Origin: Candidatus Falkowbacteria bacterium HGW-Falkowbacteria-1
Lineage (GTDB): Bacteria > Patescibacteriota > Patescibacteriia > Patescibacteriales > UBA12465
DNA: 64,000 nt
Assembly (NCBI GenBank): GCA_002840305.1
Contig: PHAI01000002.1
Span: 202,707-266,706, forward strand
Reading direction: 5' to 3'
In this document: in pieces, positions 46,177-54,338 of the stretch
How positions within the stretch are numbered: position 1 is the stretch's first letter
How the letters are laid out: every line of letters begins with the position of its first letter
The notes under the pieces: generated by a model
Seen by the model: the letters and a program-made list of their open reading frames with translations, nothing else
What the model was told of the DNA's origin: nothing
The model's database searches: none
Made by a program: the position numbers and the translations under genes

Positions 46177-46619
46177 ATAAAGTTTTTTAAAAATTCTAAT
46201 ATTTCCTCCCTAAAAATGCTATACAGCGCTCCAGAAACGAAACAAAAGGTTATAGCACTAATCATTGCCTTGCCAATATTGGGCCAAGTAATTAAACTTA
46301 TTTTTAAATTTAATTTTTGCAAGCCCCTAATGACTACATTGTTTACAAAAATAATTTTAGCAATATAAATTACTGGCGATTGGCTAGCCAGTTTCACTCC
46401 AGCTAAAAAATGATCAACGATATTTCTGTCTATTTCTTTTGAACTCCAGACACCGTCAGTACTTAGAAAAAAGAATACTATAACAATGTCGGTAAGACTG
46501 GTAAACAATCTGCAAATTAAAGATTGCTTAAAGCTAAACTTTAAAACTAAAACTTCATAAGGAAGAATTAGAAAATTAACAAGCTCAAGCATTATATAAA
46601 AAACTATTCTTTCCGACAT
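46161..46619 (-). CDS. Hypothetical membrane protein (152 aa)
   Basis: Hydrophobic ORF with no motif recognised. Confidence 0.5.
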   Translation of the reverse strand: MSERIVFYIMLELVNFLILPYEVLVLKFSFKQSLICRLFTSLTDIVIVFFFLSTDGVWSSKEIDRNIVDHFLAGVKLASQSPVIYIAKIIFVNNVVIRGLQKLNLKISLITWPNIGKAMISAITFCFVSGALYSIFREEILEFLKNFITGFQ

Positions 46620-46716
46620 CTCTTCTCTGTTTTAATATTGATTTAATTTGCAAAAGTACTGTGGTAAATTATAACACAAAAAATATTATTAGTCAAGATA
46701 ATGCTCGATTATAGCT

Positions 46717-47298
46717 TTAAATATCAGGAAAAAGGTCTATATTTCTCTTCTTCAGCTCAAAAAAACATCGATAACAAGCCACTACATCAGCTAAGGCGTT
46801 GTGAGCATTATCGAAATCTTCATTAAATAATTTATAGTATAAATATGATAATTTGGGGAATCTTCTGTTAGGTAAATCGCAGAAACTGATACTTTTTTTC
46901 ATGGTACAAATAGTTTTTAAACTTAAAAAATCCGTATCCATTCTTGCTCTTAAAAATTCTGCGGCCAAAATATTCTGATCAAACATCAAGTTATGAGCCA
47001 CCAAAATCGGACTACTATCGCTCAAGCTCTTGTTAAAAATATTTAAAATATTTTTTAAATCTCCTCCTTCTTGGTGGGCTTTTAAATTGTCTATGCCATG
47101 GATAACAGACGCCACTTCAGGAATAGTAAAGCCATTTGGCTTAATAATATATTCGTGCTCAGATATAACTTGGCCAAAGTCATCAGTTAAAAGCCAGGCG
47201 ATTTGCACCAATCTTGGCCAATTGTCCAAATCAGATATAGGAGCATTATATTTTTTCGGCAAACCAGTTGTCTCAGTATCAAAAAATAAATATGACAT
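46717..47298 (-). CDS. DEDDh 3'-5' exonuclease (DnaQ/epsilon-like)
   Basis: ExoI FFDTETTGL, ExoII VAHNLMFDQNIL and ExoIII HNALADVVA. Confidence 0.88.
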   Translation of the reverse strand: MSYLFFDTETTGLPKKYNAPISDLDNWPRLVQIAWLLTDDFGQVISEHEYIIKPNGFTIPEVASVIHGIDNLKAHQEGGDLKNILNIFNKSLSDSSPILVAHNLMFDQNILAAEFLRARMDTDFLSLKTICTMKKSISFCDLPNRRFPKLSYLYYKLFNEDFDNAHNALADVVACYRCFFELKKRNIDLFPDI

Positions 47299-47421
47299 AA
47301 AAAAATTAAATAATATTTTTTAGGAAAAATTAATCTTTTTTCATTTATAATTCATATTTAACTTACCACAAGTTTATACAAAAATCAAAACAAAAAAAAC
47401 AATATAACAACATTGTTTTTA

Positions 47422-47454
47422 TAAATAAAAAACCCACCATATTCCAAGTGGGTT
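47422..47454 (-). terminator. Rho-independent terminator
   Basis: The minus strand reads AACCCAC-ttggaatatg-GTGGGTT followed by TTTTATTTAT. Confidence 0.7.
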
Positions 47455-47473
47455 AAAATTTTTTTTATTCATC

Positions 47474-48088
47474 TCAATCTCCATACTTTCTATACAGAAA
47501 AAGAATTAAACAATAAAGAATAACTGCTACAAAATTGAAAATTTGTAACGGCCAATTATTTATTGATAAGGCATATACGAACCAAAACACTCCGGTTAAT
47601 AAAAAAACAACAACAAATTTAATCTCAACAGAACCGCGAGACCCTTCCCTGATCATTGTTAACGGTTGGGTGGCCAAAGTTGTCAAACTAATCACTAGTA
47701 AAATAAAAACAAAAATGTCTTTCTGGTTAGTAACAATCATTATTGGAACGATTGCCGCAGCGAAAATAAATGATAGAAAATCGAGCAAGCTTAACCCTTT
47801 GAACTTAATTATTCCCATGACGACCGGAATGCAAGGGATAAAAAGCAAACCATTAAAAACCATGGCTAAACTATTTTTACTTAAGCCATAAAATATAAAA
47901 GCTATAAAGTAAAAAAAGAACAAGAAAAAGAACGGCGCTGATAATGATTTGGCCGATCTTCTTCGCCAAATTTTTTGGCCTTGTTTAGTGAAGCCATAGG
48001 CCTGAAAAATAGTAAACACCATCGTCATTAAGGAGGATATGGTCAAAGAATTAAATCCCCAATTCTGAATTTCAACAAAATCTGTCAT
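47474..48088 (-). CDS. 7-TM protein with two PQ-loop/SemiSWEET-like repeats (3+1+3 layout)
   Basis: Repeat 1 has GQKIWRRRSAKSLS after TM1, which resembles the bacterial SemiSWEET PQxIKxxRxxSAxxxS motif. Repeat 2 has TQPLTMIREGSRGSV after TM5. I count seven hydrophobic segments by eye. Confidence 0.5.
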   Translation of the reverse strand: MTDFVEIQNWGFNSLTISSLMTMVFTIFQAYGFTKQGQKIWRRRSAKSLSAPFFFLFFFYFIAFIFYGLSKNSLAMVFNGLLFIPCIPVVMGIIKFKGLSLLDFLSFIFAAAIVPIMIVTNQKDIFVFILLVISLTTLATQPLTMIREGSRGSVEIKFVVVFLLTGVFWFVYALSINNWPLQIFNFVAVILYCLILFLYRKYGD

Positions 48089-48171
48089 CTCATTTTTTTA
48101 TTAGGTTAGTAATTTTTAAGGTGCAAATCCAAATAAATTAGCACAAAAAAACACCCCTGTCAACTATTATA

Positions 48172-48200
48172 TTAACAAAAAGCAACCAATAGTGGTTGCT
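48172..48200 (-). terminator. Rho-independent terminator
   Basis: The minus strand reads AGCAACCA-ctat-TGGTTGCT followed by TTTTTGTT. Confidence 0.8.
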
Positions 48201-48231
48201 TTTCTGTGCTAACAACTTTAATAATTTTATT

Positions 48232-48681
48232 CTATTTAGAAATTTTCATAATCTGATAATTTATTTTAATATCAACTGGAAGTTCGGCCACCAACTCGTA
48301 GCTCCCACCATTTACCTTTTGAGAAACATTTAGATGATACCGCCCCTCTCTGGTTACTGGAAAACCTTGAATGTTAGTTCTATTCCTAAATCTAGAAACC
48401 CCACTCTTTACGACAAAAGAATTACTAAAACTACTCAAAATTTGATTATCAGGATCCACTAGCTCCCCTTTTAACTCTAAATTATTTTCCTTGGAAGAAT
48501 CTTCAATAGTCCAAAAACTTACTAATTGAAACTCGGCAGGAATAATAATTTTTTTACCATCAGAAACTTTATCTTTATCAATAAGTACGCTCATCTCCTC
48601 AATACAAGTAAACAAACTCAAAAGATTCTTTTCAGAATCAATTGAAGACTGCTGACAAATAATTGACCAAACGTGTTTCAT
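48232..48681 (-). CDS. Hypothetical protein (149 aa)
   Basis: ORF probably co-transcribed with the small Cys-rich gene upstream. No motif recognised. Confidence 0.55.
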   Translation of the reverse strand: MKHVWSIICQQSSIDSEKNLLSLFTCIEEMSVLIDKDKVSDGKKIIIPAEFQLVSFWTIEDSSKENNLELKGELVDPDNQILSSFSNSFVVKSGVSRFRNRTNIQGFPVTREGRYHLNVSQKVNGGSYELVAELPVDIKINYQIMKISK

Positions 48682-48731
48682 ATAATCTTAATTTAATATA
48701 AATTTATTAAAACACCAAAAAACAAAAAAAT

Positions 48732-48899
48732 TTAATCTTTGGATTGAAAAAAATCACAATGACCAGTGGGTGGAACTTCACTATTAGCTTCACCACAAAA
48801 ACCATCGCCTCCGCGACTCTGGAAACTGGTACATTTTTGACACTGAACTGCTTCATTATAATAATCGCTGACAAAATCAGCTTCAATTTCGTGAGACAT
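48732..48899 (-). CDS. Small 4-Cys protein (55 aa; not in the ORF track), HiPIP-like Cys spacing
   Basis: My translation gives MSHEIEADFVSDYYNEAVQCQKCTSFQSRGGDGFCGEANSEVPPTGHCDFFQSKD. The pattern C-x2-C-x11-C-x12-C with G-x-C and G-H-C contexts resembles high-potential iron-sulfur proteins. A TTGATT-17-TATAAT promoter lies upstream. Confidence 0.6.
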   Translation of the reverse strand: MSHEIEADFVSDYYNEAVQCQKCTSFQSRGGDGFCGEANSEVPPTGHCDFFQSKD

Positions 48900-48928
48900 A
48901 TTTTTTAATTTAAATTTTTAATACCTAA

Positions 48929-48957
48929 ATTATAGATCAATTTTACCTTTAAATCAA
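48929..48957 (-). promoter_or_regulatory. Promoter candidate (TTGATT-17-TATAAT) for the small Cys-rich gene
   Basis: -35 at 48957-48952 and -10 at 48934-48929 on the minus strand. It is 30 nt upstream of the ATG at 48899 and just downstream of a terminator. Confidence 0.55.
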
Positions 48958-48975
48958 ACCAAAAATTAATATCTA

Positions 48976-49004
48976 AAAATAAAAAAGGAGAACTTATGTT
49001 CTCC
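48976..49004 (-). terminator. Rho-independent terminator
   Basis: The minus strand reads GGAGAAC-ataa-GTTCTCC followed by TTTTTTATTTTT. Confidence 0.8.
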
Positions 49005-49026
49005 TGGTAATCAAATCCAAGAAATT

Positions 49027-49209
49027 TTAAACTTTTCTCAAAAAAGCCTTTCTTGTTTTTCTGACTTTTTTGGCTTCTCTTCCCTGATTTATAACATCTT
49101 GCTGGGCTGGAACAGGCTCTGGGTTTATTATCTTCGCCAAGTTCAGCTTTCTTAAAAAAAATCCGGGAATATAATTTACTTCAAATAAAAAATTTTTTAA
49201 TCTACTCAT
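49027..49209 (-). CDS. Small basic hypothetical protein (60 aa)
   Basis: ORF directly followed by a strong terminator. The C-terminus is Lys/Arg-rich. Confidence 0.4.
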   Translation of the reverse strand: MSRLKNFLFEVNYIPGFFLRKLNLAKIINPEPVPAQQDVINQGREAKKVRKTRKAFLRKV

Positions 49210-49284
49210 AATGCAATCCTCCTAATAAAATTGAACAAAATAATAAATAGTCAATGCCTACATTGCATCAAAAACTAAAAAATT

Positions 49285-49506
49285 TTATTTCTTGCCTCCA
49301 AATATAATTTTCAAACCAGCAAGAACAATCAAAACAGCCAGAATCATTCCGATCAAAGGCCCAACCGCATCTAAGATAGAATAAGAAAGCCTGCTCAAAC
49401 CAGCGCCTAAAGCATCTGGGAATATAATTGCCAAAATTACTCCGACTGCTACAAGGCTAAACAGCAACCGCCTCGGAGTTCCAAAGAAAAAATTGAAATA
49501 ATTCAT
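49285..49506 (-). CDS. Small 2-TM membrane protein (73 aa) with a charged C-terminal GGKK
   Basis: Hydrophobicity pattern only. Confidence 0.45.
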   Translation of the reverse strand: MNYFNFFFGTPRRLLFSLVAVGVILAIIFPDALGAGLSRLSYSILDAVGPLIGMILAVLIVLAGLKIIFGGKK

Positions 49507-49516
49507 TCTACAAGAT

Positions 49517-49825
49517 TTAGAGAGTTAACTTTTTTGGAAAAATAATTCGACTAGCAGTTGCAAACGCAAATTTGATAGCTAAAATCACTAATAAAAAAAT
49601 AACAACGAGTCCCTGCGCTAATTTAATAACGATAGCCTTTAACCAAGTATTTTTGTCAAAAAAGCTTATCCTCCACAATGTGGTAGATTTCCACTTTGCC
49701 CAAATTGGCAATTTTATATTTTTCCCTATTTTGTAAACAATTACTGCTAAAACAAAAATAAGAAAAACACACAAAGCCATAGAAAGATTTTGGTCCATTT
49801 TTTTAATTTTTAAATTACTAATCAA
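49517..49825 (-). CDS. Small membrane protein (102 aa, 2-3 TM)
   Basis: Hydrophobicity pattern only. It lies 10 nt upstream of the 73-aa ORF. Confidence 0.45.
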   Translation of the reverse strand: MISNLKIKKMDQNLSMALCVFLIFVLAVIVYKIGKNIKLPIWAKWKSTTLWRISFFDKNTWLKAIVIKLAQGLVVIFLLVILAIKFAFATASRIIFPKKLTL

Positions 49826-50098
49826 ATTAATTAATAAATCTACTAAATGCTAGCTAGCCCTAATAAACTTATTAATTAATTTGATCTTTGTTTTTTTTAA
49901 AAGAACTAAACCTAACTGAATATTATATCATATTTGCTTAAAAAAGTCAACATCACAAACAATGCAAGCTTGTTTATGTAAAAGTTACAAAGAATTAACA
50001 GAAAGTTCATCCTCCTTATGATAAATTGAATTAAATTGACTAAAGTGATATTTATGCTAAGATTAAAACAGTTATTTAAAAACCAAAACCGAGAAATC

Positions 50099-51169
50099 AT
50101 GAAAAAAGAAATCGAATCACAAGTCCTTTTTTTCAGCGGCAATGGCAATCATGCCCTGGGGGCCAGTACTCTCCGCAAGTTCAGTGAATTTGCTGGTACT
50201 GACTGTGTTTTTCAACATATTAATTTCGCCAGTTTTGCTGACAGAGAACCAGATAATCGCATTCCCCAGTATGAAAAAATTGCCGGAAAAATTGTTGTTT
50301 TCTACCAAAGCATGTTCACTCAAGAATTAGCAGAAGAAAGCCTAGAATTGATTTGGACCCTGAAAAAACAATATGGAGCCATTTATCTTATCGCGGTTTT
50401 CCCTTTTTTACGTTTTAGAAGACAAGATCACCCCGAAAAAAAACATGAAATTAATCGTCTAAAAATGATCATTGATCGCCTAGCTCATGCAGGTGCGGAC
50501 GAGATGATTGTTGCCACGCCACATTCCGAGCAAATGGCTGAAAATTGTGACCAATATGGTATTAAATTCCACCATGTTGACCCCTCTGGTTTCTTTGCGG
50601 AAACCATAAAAACTTATTTGCCTACCAAGACCGACGGTTTGACCCACGTTTATGCTCCTGACTTAGGATCAGTACCGAGAGCCGTTACCTTGGCCAAATT
50701 GCTCAATGGTTCGGTTCTCTACAGCGTCAAAAAAAGAGACTTGAACGACGAAACTGATATTATTTCTCTAACAACGGAAAAAACAAAAGAAATTAGTGAT
50801 AAACTTCAAACAAATTATAATTTTCCTCAAATCAATTATGCTCATCCAGAGAGCATCAAAGGAAAAATTATTATTATGGTCGAGGATGAAGTTTCTACTG
50901 GTGATACCGCCAACAGAACTGGTCGCCATTTAAAAAAATGCGGGGCGGCCTCAATATTTTTTCTCGCCACTCATGCCGTTCTTACTCCCGGATGGAGAAA
51001 TAAATTGTTTCACGAAAATCCTTTCGAAAAAATAATTATGACAAACTCCATTACCAGAGATTACGAAAAAAGAACCGGTGGTTTTATTCATGATATATCG
51101 CTCAGTCTCCCTTTGGCGACAACGATATACCAGGCAGTAAAAAACCGACTTCAACAAGGCACACCATAG
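50099..51169 (+). CDS. Ribose-phosphate pyrophosphokinase-like (Prs family, divergent)
   Basis: VLFFSGNGNHALG..., IAVFPFLRFRRQDHP (compare IPYFGYARQDRK) and the PRPP-binding loop IIMVEDEVSTGDT. I placed the start at the ATG at 50099. Confidence 0.75.
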   Translation: MKKEIESQVLFFSGNGNHALGASTLRKFSEFAGTDCVFQHINFASFADREPDNRIPQYEKIAGKIVVFYQSMFTQELAEESLELIWTLKKQYGAIYLIAVFPFLRFRRQDHPEKKHEINRLKMIIDRLAHAGADEMIVATPHSEQMAENCDQYGIKFHHVDPSGFFAETIKTYLPTKTDGLTHVYAPDLGSVPRAVTLAKLLNGSVLYSVKKRDLNDETDIISLTTEKTKEISDKLQTNYNFPQINYAHPESIKGKIIIMVEDEVSTGDTANRTGRHLKKCGAASIFFLATHAVLTPGWRNKLFHENPFEKIIMTNSITRDYEKRTGGFIHDISLSLPLATTIYQAVKNRLQQGTP

Positions 51170-51187
51170 CTTCGACGAATCTCCTTG

Positions 51188-51215
51188 CCCCCAGTTAAAA
51201 TGCTGGGGTTTTTTA
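51188..51215 (+). terminator. Rho-independent terminator after the prs-like gene
   Basis: CCCCAG-ttaaaatg-CTGGGG followed by TTTTTT. Confidence 0.8.
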
Positions 51216-51220
51216 TATAC

Positions 51221-51249
51221 AAAAAAAGCCGCAACATAAAGTTACGGCT
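51221..51249 (-). terminator. Rho-independent terminator after the beta-barrel-like gene
   Basis: The minus strand reads AGCCGTAAC-tttat-GTTGCGGCT (one G-U pair) followed by TTTTTTT. Confidence 0.75.
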
Positions 51250-51256
51250 AAAAACA

Positions 51257-52276
51257 CTAATAACGAACCACTAAATATGCATTAAGATTTTTATATAACA
51301 AATCATAACGCAATTCAACAATAATCCTACCATTGCCTCCTTTCCAGTCTTTATAAAGCTCTATGGAGGGAGCCAGGCGAAGATTGTCACGGTATTCGCT
51401 ATTTACTCCAACGGCCATTCTAACAAAATCGTTTCCAACTTTTTTCCCCATTATAAGTTCATAATTATGAACCCCATTAGTGCGCCTTCCATCAAGTTTC
51501 AAGGAATAAGATCCCTTGCTTGATATTGGCGAAAAATGTTGAAAGAAAAAAGCTGGAACAATTAAATAGCTTGAAGCAAAAATATATAAGTCCTGCGAGA
51601 AAAAACTTTGATCAATCTCACCAAAACCAGCTTGCGATCTAAACCAAAAATTACCACTTTCAGGTTGGTAATTCAGAAAAGTGAAATTACCAAACTTTTC
51701 AAAATTTTTGGTTCCAAACATTCCCCAATACTGTCTGCGTTGATTGTATTGGAGGCCTAATGAAACAAATAAATGCTCAGGATGATAAGCCAACCAAGTG
51801 TAAACAGCATCGTTACTGTTTAACCTCTCTAAATAAGTGTGGCTAGCCACAACATAAGTCTCTGTCGTAAAATTACCGCATGACAGTCTAGATCCAATGA
51901 AATCGTGGGGGGTAGAATTTTGGCTAACTATTCTGCCAAGTTCTAGCATGGCATTAAATTTGCCAAACTTTTTTTCCGCCCAAAGATCAAATATAAATTG
52001 ATCATCTATACCACCGTCTCCAATTTTCATCAACATTGCACCAATACTACCAATAGAATCGGACAAAATTTTTGGCACCTTTACACCAAAAACATCCTTG
52101 TCCAATGATTTGTGGTCATATTTAATACTAAAAACATCGGTACAAACCTCAATCCTTTGAGTCGATAATTTAACGCTACTGGTGTCAACACCAACGCCAC
52201 TTTCAATATTCACTGATTGGGCGCAAACTTCAAGACCTAAAATAATCAAAATCGCAGATATCCAATATTTATTCAT
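51257..52276 (-). CDS. Secreted beta-rich protein with outer-membrane beta-barrel-like features (339 aa)
   Basis: Signal peptide MNKYWISAILIILGLEVCA|QS. The body is aromatic- and Gly-rich with alternating hydrophobicity. The C-terminus ...LNAYLVVRY has hydrophobic residues at -1/-3/-5/-7/-9 and a terminal aromatic, like a BAM beta-signal. Confidence 0.5.
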   Translation of the reverse strand: MNKYWISAILIILGLEVCAQSVNIESGVGVDTSSVKLSTQRIEVCTDVFSIKYDHKSLDKDVFGVKVPKILSDSIGSIGAMLMKIGDGGIDDQFIFDLWAEKKFGKFNAMLELGRIVSQNSTPHDFIGSRLSCGNFTTETYVVASHTYLERLNSNDAVYTWLAYHPEHLFVSLGLQYNQRRQYWGMFGTKNFEKFGNFTFLNYQPESGNFWFRSQAGFGEIDQSFFSQDLYIFASSYLIVPAFFFQHFSPISSKGSYSLKLDGRRTNGVHNYELIMGKKVGNDFVRMAVGVNSEYRDNLRLAPSIELYKDWKGGNGRIIVELRYDLLYKNLNAYLVVRY

Positions 52277-52345
52277 TTTAATTTCTCCCGTTAGTTAATA
52301 ATTAATTAATAAAATAATTTTAAAAAAATCATTAAATAATAATTA

Positions 52346-53515
52346 TTAACAAAACAGAGGTATTGGATCTGGATTTTTTATAAATCCTGGTTTTTGTTTT
52401 GATGAATTATAAATAATAAATCGCCAAATAAAGTTCGCATAAAGAACAACTTCTCGTTCTAAAAAAAGAACCTCATCTGCTACAAAAACATTATCCCGCA
52501 CAACATCCTGCTTAAAGCAACTTTGTTCTAAGATAGGAGGAGGGTTAGTAAGCATATGTACTTCACTAAAGAATCTAACATGATTAATATCAGAAAGTAC
52601 AACACCTTTAGCATCAACAACACTTGGCATTAATAAGAAAAAAATGCTAACAGCAACTACTGGAATCAACGAGTGTCTGCGAACCAAATGTTGATTGTCC
52701 AAATAATTTCGATAATCACTAAGCCTTAGATCTCTATCGACAAAATGTTTAATGTCAGCCCACTCGTCTTCGGAAAACAAAGCAAAAATATTTGCTTGCC
52801 TCCTTCTGAGTTCAATATTCATGGCAAACATTCTTGCTCCTCTTTGGACTGATTGGATCCAAACTCGAATAATAACAACAGGGTACAAAACTAAACAAAC
52901 CATAAAACTCACAGGATTATTGATTTTAATTTTATCCCTATCCTGATACCACCAAAGCCAAAGAAGAACAAAGGCCAAAAGCAAATTCTCACAATAAAAA
53001 CTAAACAACCACGACAAAAAGCTAAGAAAAACACCAAACCAAAAACCGGGAGCATCAACTTTGGCTTTAAATTCTATGGCTCTCTGTTTAGCCTCTGGAT
53101 CAACTATGCTCTCATGTTTTTCCTGAGCACCAGAAAGTCTAGCCATAAAAATTTTATACTCTGCATCAGAGCTGTTCCGACGATAACGAGTAAGGTTATT
53201 GTGAAAAAATGAGTTCAAGGTCTGTACTGAGTTTTGAACATAGGTTATCGCAAAACGATCAAAATCGTTTTCTTTCTCCTTTAGTCTTATATCACTCAAG
53301 TCAGAAAAATACTCTTCGGGACCATAATTGTTCCCCATTTTCTCGGCTCGTGCTATTTTCTCATTTAAATACTGGATATCAGCCTTTCCATGATCATCCT
53401 TGATCGGAGGAGGCTGACTTTTATCAATATTAATGATAAAAGAAAAAAAACCAATATTATAAAGAAAAAAAGCTGCCAAAAGCATCTTGATACTTATTGA
53501 TACAACTTTTCTCAT
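52346..53515 (-). CDS. Hypothetical polytopic membrane protein (389 aa)
   Basis: Long ORF with an N-terminal TM, central Trp-rich TMs (LLLAFVLLWLWWYQ) and a later TM. It is the first gene of a two-gene unit with the beta-rich protein. Confidence 0.6.
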   Translation of the reverse strand: MRKVVSISIKMLLAAFFLYNIGFFSFIINIDKSQPPPIKDDHGKADIQYLNEKIARAEKMGNNYGPEEYFSDLSDIRLKEKENDFDRFAITYVQNSVQTLNSFFHNNLTRYRRNSSDAEYKIFMARLSGAQEKHESIVDPEAKQRAIEFKAKVDAPGFWFGVFLSFLSWLFSFYCENLLLAFVLLWLWWYQDRDKIKINNPVSFMVCLVLYPVVIIRVWIQSVQRGARMFAMNIELRRRQANIFALFSEDEWADIKHFVDRDLRLSDYRNYLDNQHLVRRHSLIPVVAVSIFFLLMPSVVDAKGVVLSDINHVRFFSEVHMLTNPPPILEQSCFKQDVVRDNVFVADEVLFLEREVVLYANFIWRFIIYNSSKQKPGFIKNPDPIPLFC

Positions 53516-53576
53516 GATTTTCAGAATTTTAAGTTTATTAAATTTTTAAAGAAAATGCTCGAAAGAGCAACACAAG

Positions 53577-53605
53577 ATTATATCATAATATCATATCTTT
53601 GTCAA
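53577..53605 (-). promoter_or_regulatory. Consensus sigma-70-type promoter (TTGACA-17-TATAAT)
   Basis: -35 at 53605-53600 and -10 at 53582-53577 on the minus strand. Both hexamers are exact. It lies about 60 nt upstream of the ATG at 53515. Confidence 0.65.
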
Positions 53606-53651
53606 CATAATCAATAAACCTTAAATATTCCGGTCCCCATTTCGATGTCTT

Positions 53652-53685
53652 TTAAAATAAAAAACTCGCCTGGTTTAGACGAGTC
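53652..53685 (-). terminator. Candidate Rho-independent terminator after the 53707..54237 ORF
   Basis: The minus strand reads GACTCG-tctaaaccagg-CGAGTT followed by TTTTATTTT. The stem is short. Confidence 0.5.
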
Positions 53686-53706
53686 TTGGGCAAATTATAT
53701 TTATTC

Positions 53707-54237
53707 CTATTTGAACATTGGTTTGGCTAAAAAAGCATATTCAATCCCTTGAATAATATCTTCTTCAAGAACAACCCCAAGGACCCTAAGGACGTTTTCA
53801 TTGCCGCCCAAAAAAGGATAGGCTTTTTTGCCGTCTATTTTCAAACAAGTTCCCAAGCAAACAATGCTCATTGATTCTTGTCGCCCTGGATTCATAGCTC
53901 CAAAAATAATAAGATCAACAAAATCAGCTGGTTTAAAACTTTCTTCCAACATTCTGTCTCTTATTATTTCCAAATTCATTTTTTCCATTGCGTATTCTTC
54001 TTCGCATCTGCCACCAGCTAAAACCCAAAAAATTTCAGTCGGCGATTTAATACCGTTGTTCCACTCAGTCATAGAGATAAATTTCTCTATTTCTGGATAA
54101 ACAAAATCATAATTAGCCCAATCAACAAATCGTCTTACGAGTATATTTCTTTCAAACTTGTAAGAACACATAGGGACATTAATTCCTAACTTGGATTTAA
54201 CATCAACCGTAGTCTGCGAATTACCATGATTTTCCAT
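53707..54237 (-). CDS. Hypothetical protein (176 aa)
   Basis: ORF with a strong Shine-Dalgarno sequence (AGGAGGG, 8 nt upstream) and its own promoter and terminator. No motif recognised. Confidence 0.6.
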   Translation of the reverse strand: MENHGNSQTTVDVKSKLGINVPMCSYKFERNILVRRFVDWANYDFVYPEIEKFISMTEWNNGIKSPTEIFWVLAGGRCEEEYAMEKMNLEIIRDRMLEESFKPADFVDLIIFGAMNPGRQESMSIVCLGTCLKIDGKKAYPFLGGNENVLRVLGVVLEEDIIQGIEYAFLAKPMFK

Positions 54238-54304
54238 ATCGCGATCGCCCTCCTACTTTACTCAGAGGGTCTTTTTTTGATTTTACCTTAAACGAACTAA
54301 GAAT

Positions 54305-54333
54305 ATATAATCATTTTTTTAATAAAAAGTCAA
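54305..54333 (-). promoter_or_regulatory. Promoter candidate (TTGACT-17-TTATAT) for the 53707..54237 gene
   Basis: -35 at 54333-54328 and -10 at 54310-54305 on the minus strand. It is back to back with the tRNA promoter. Confidence 0.5.
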
Positions 54334-54338
54334 CGCCT

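Noticed and set aside
49912-50148. 78-aa minus-strand ORF upstream of and overlapping the prs-like gene.
   Set aside because: It overlaps the prs-like start region and the promoter-like AT-rich DNA. It has no SD or terminator context, and its sequence is Phe/Leu/Ile/Asn-rich noise.
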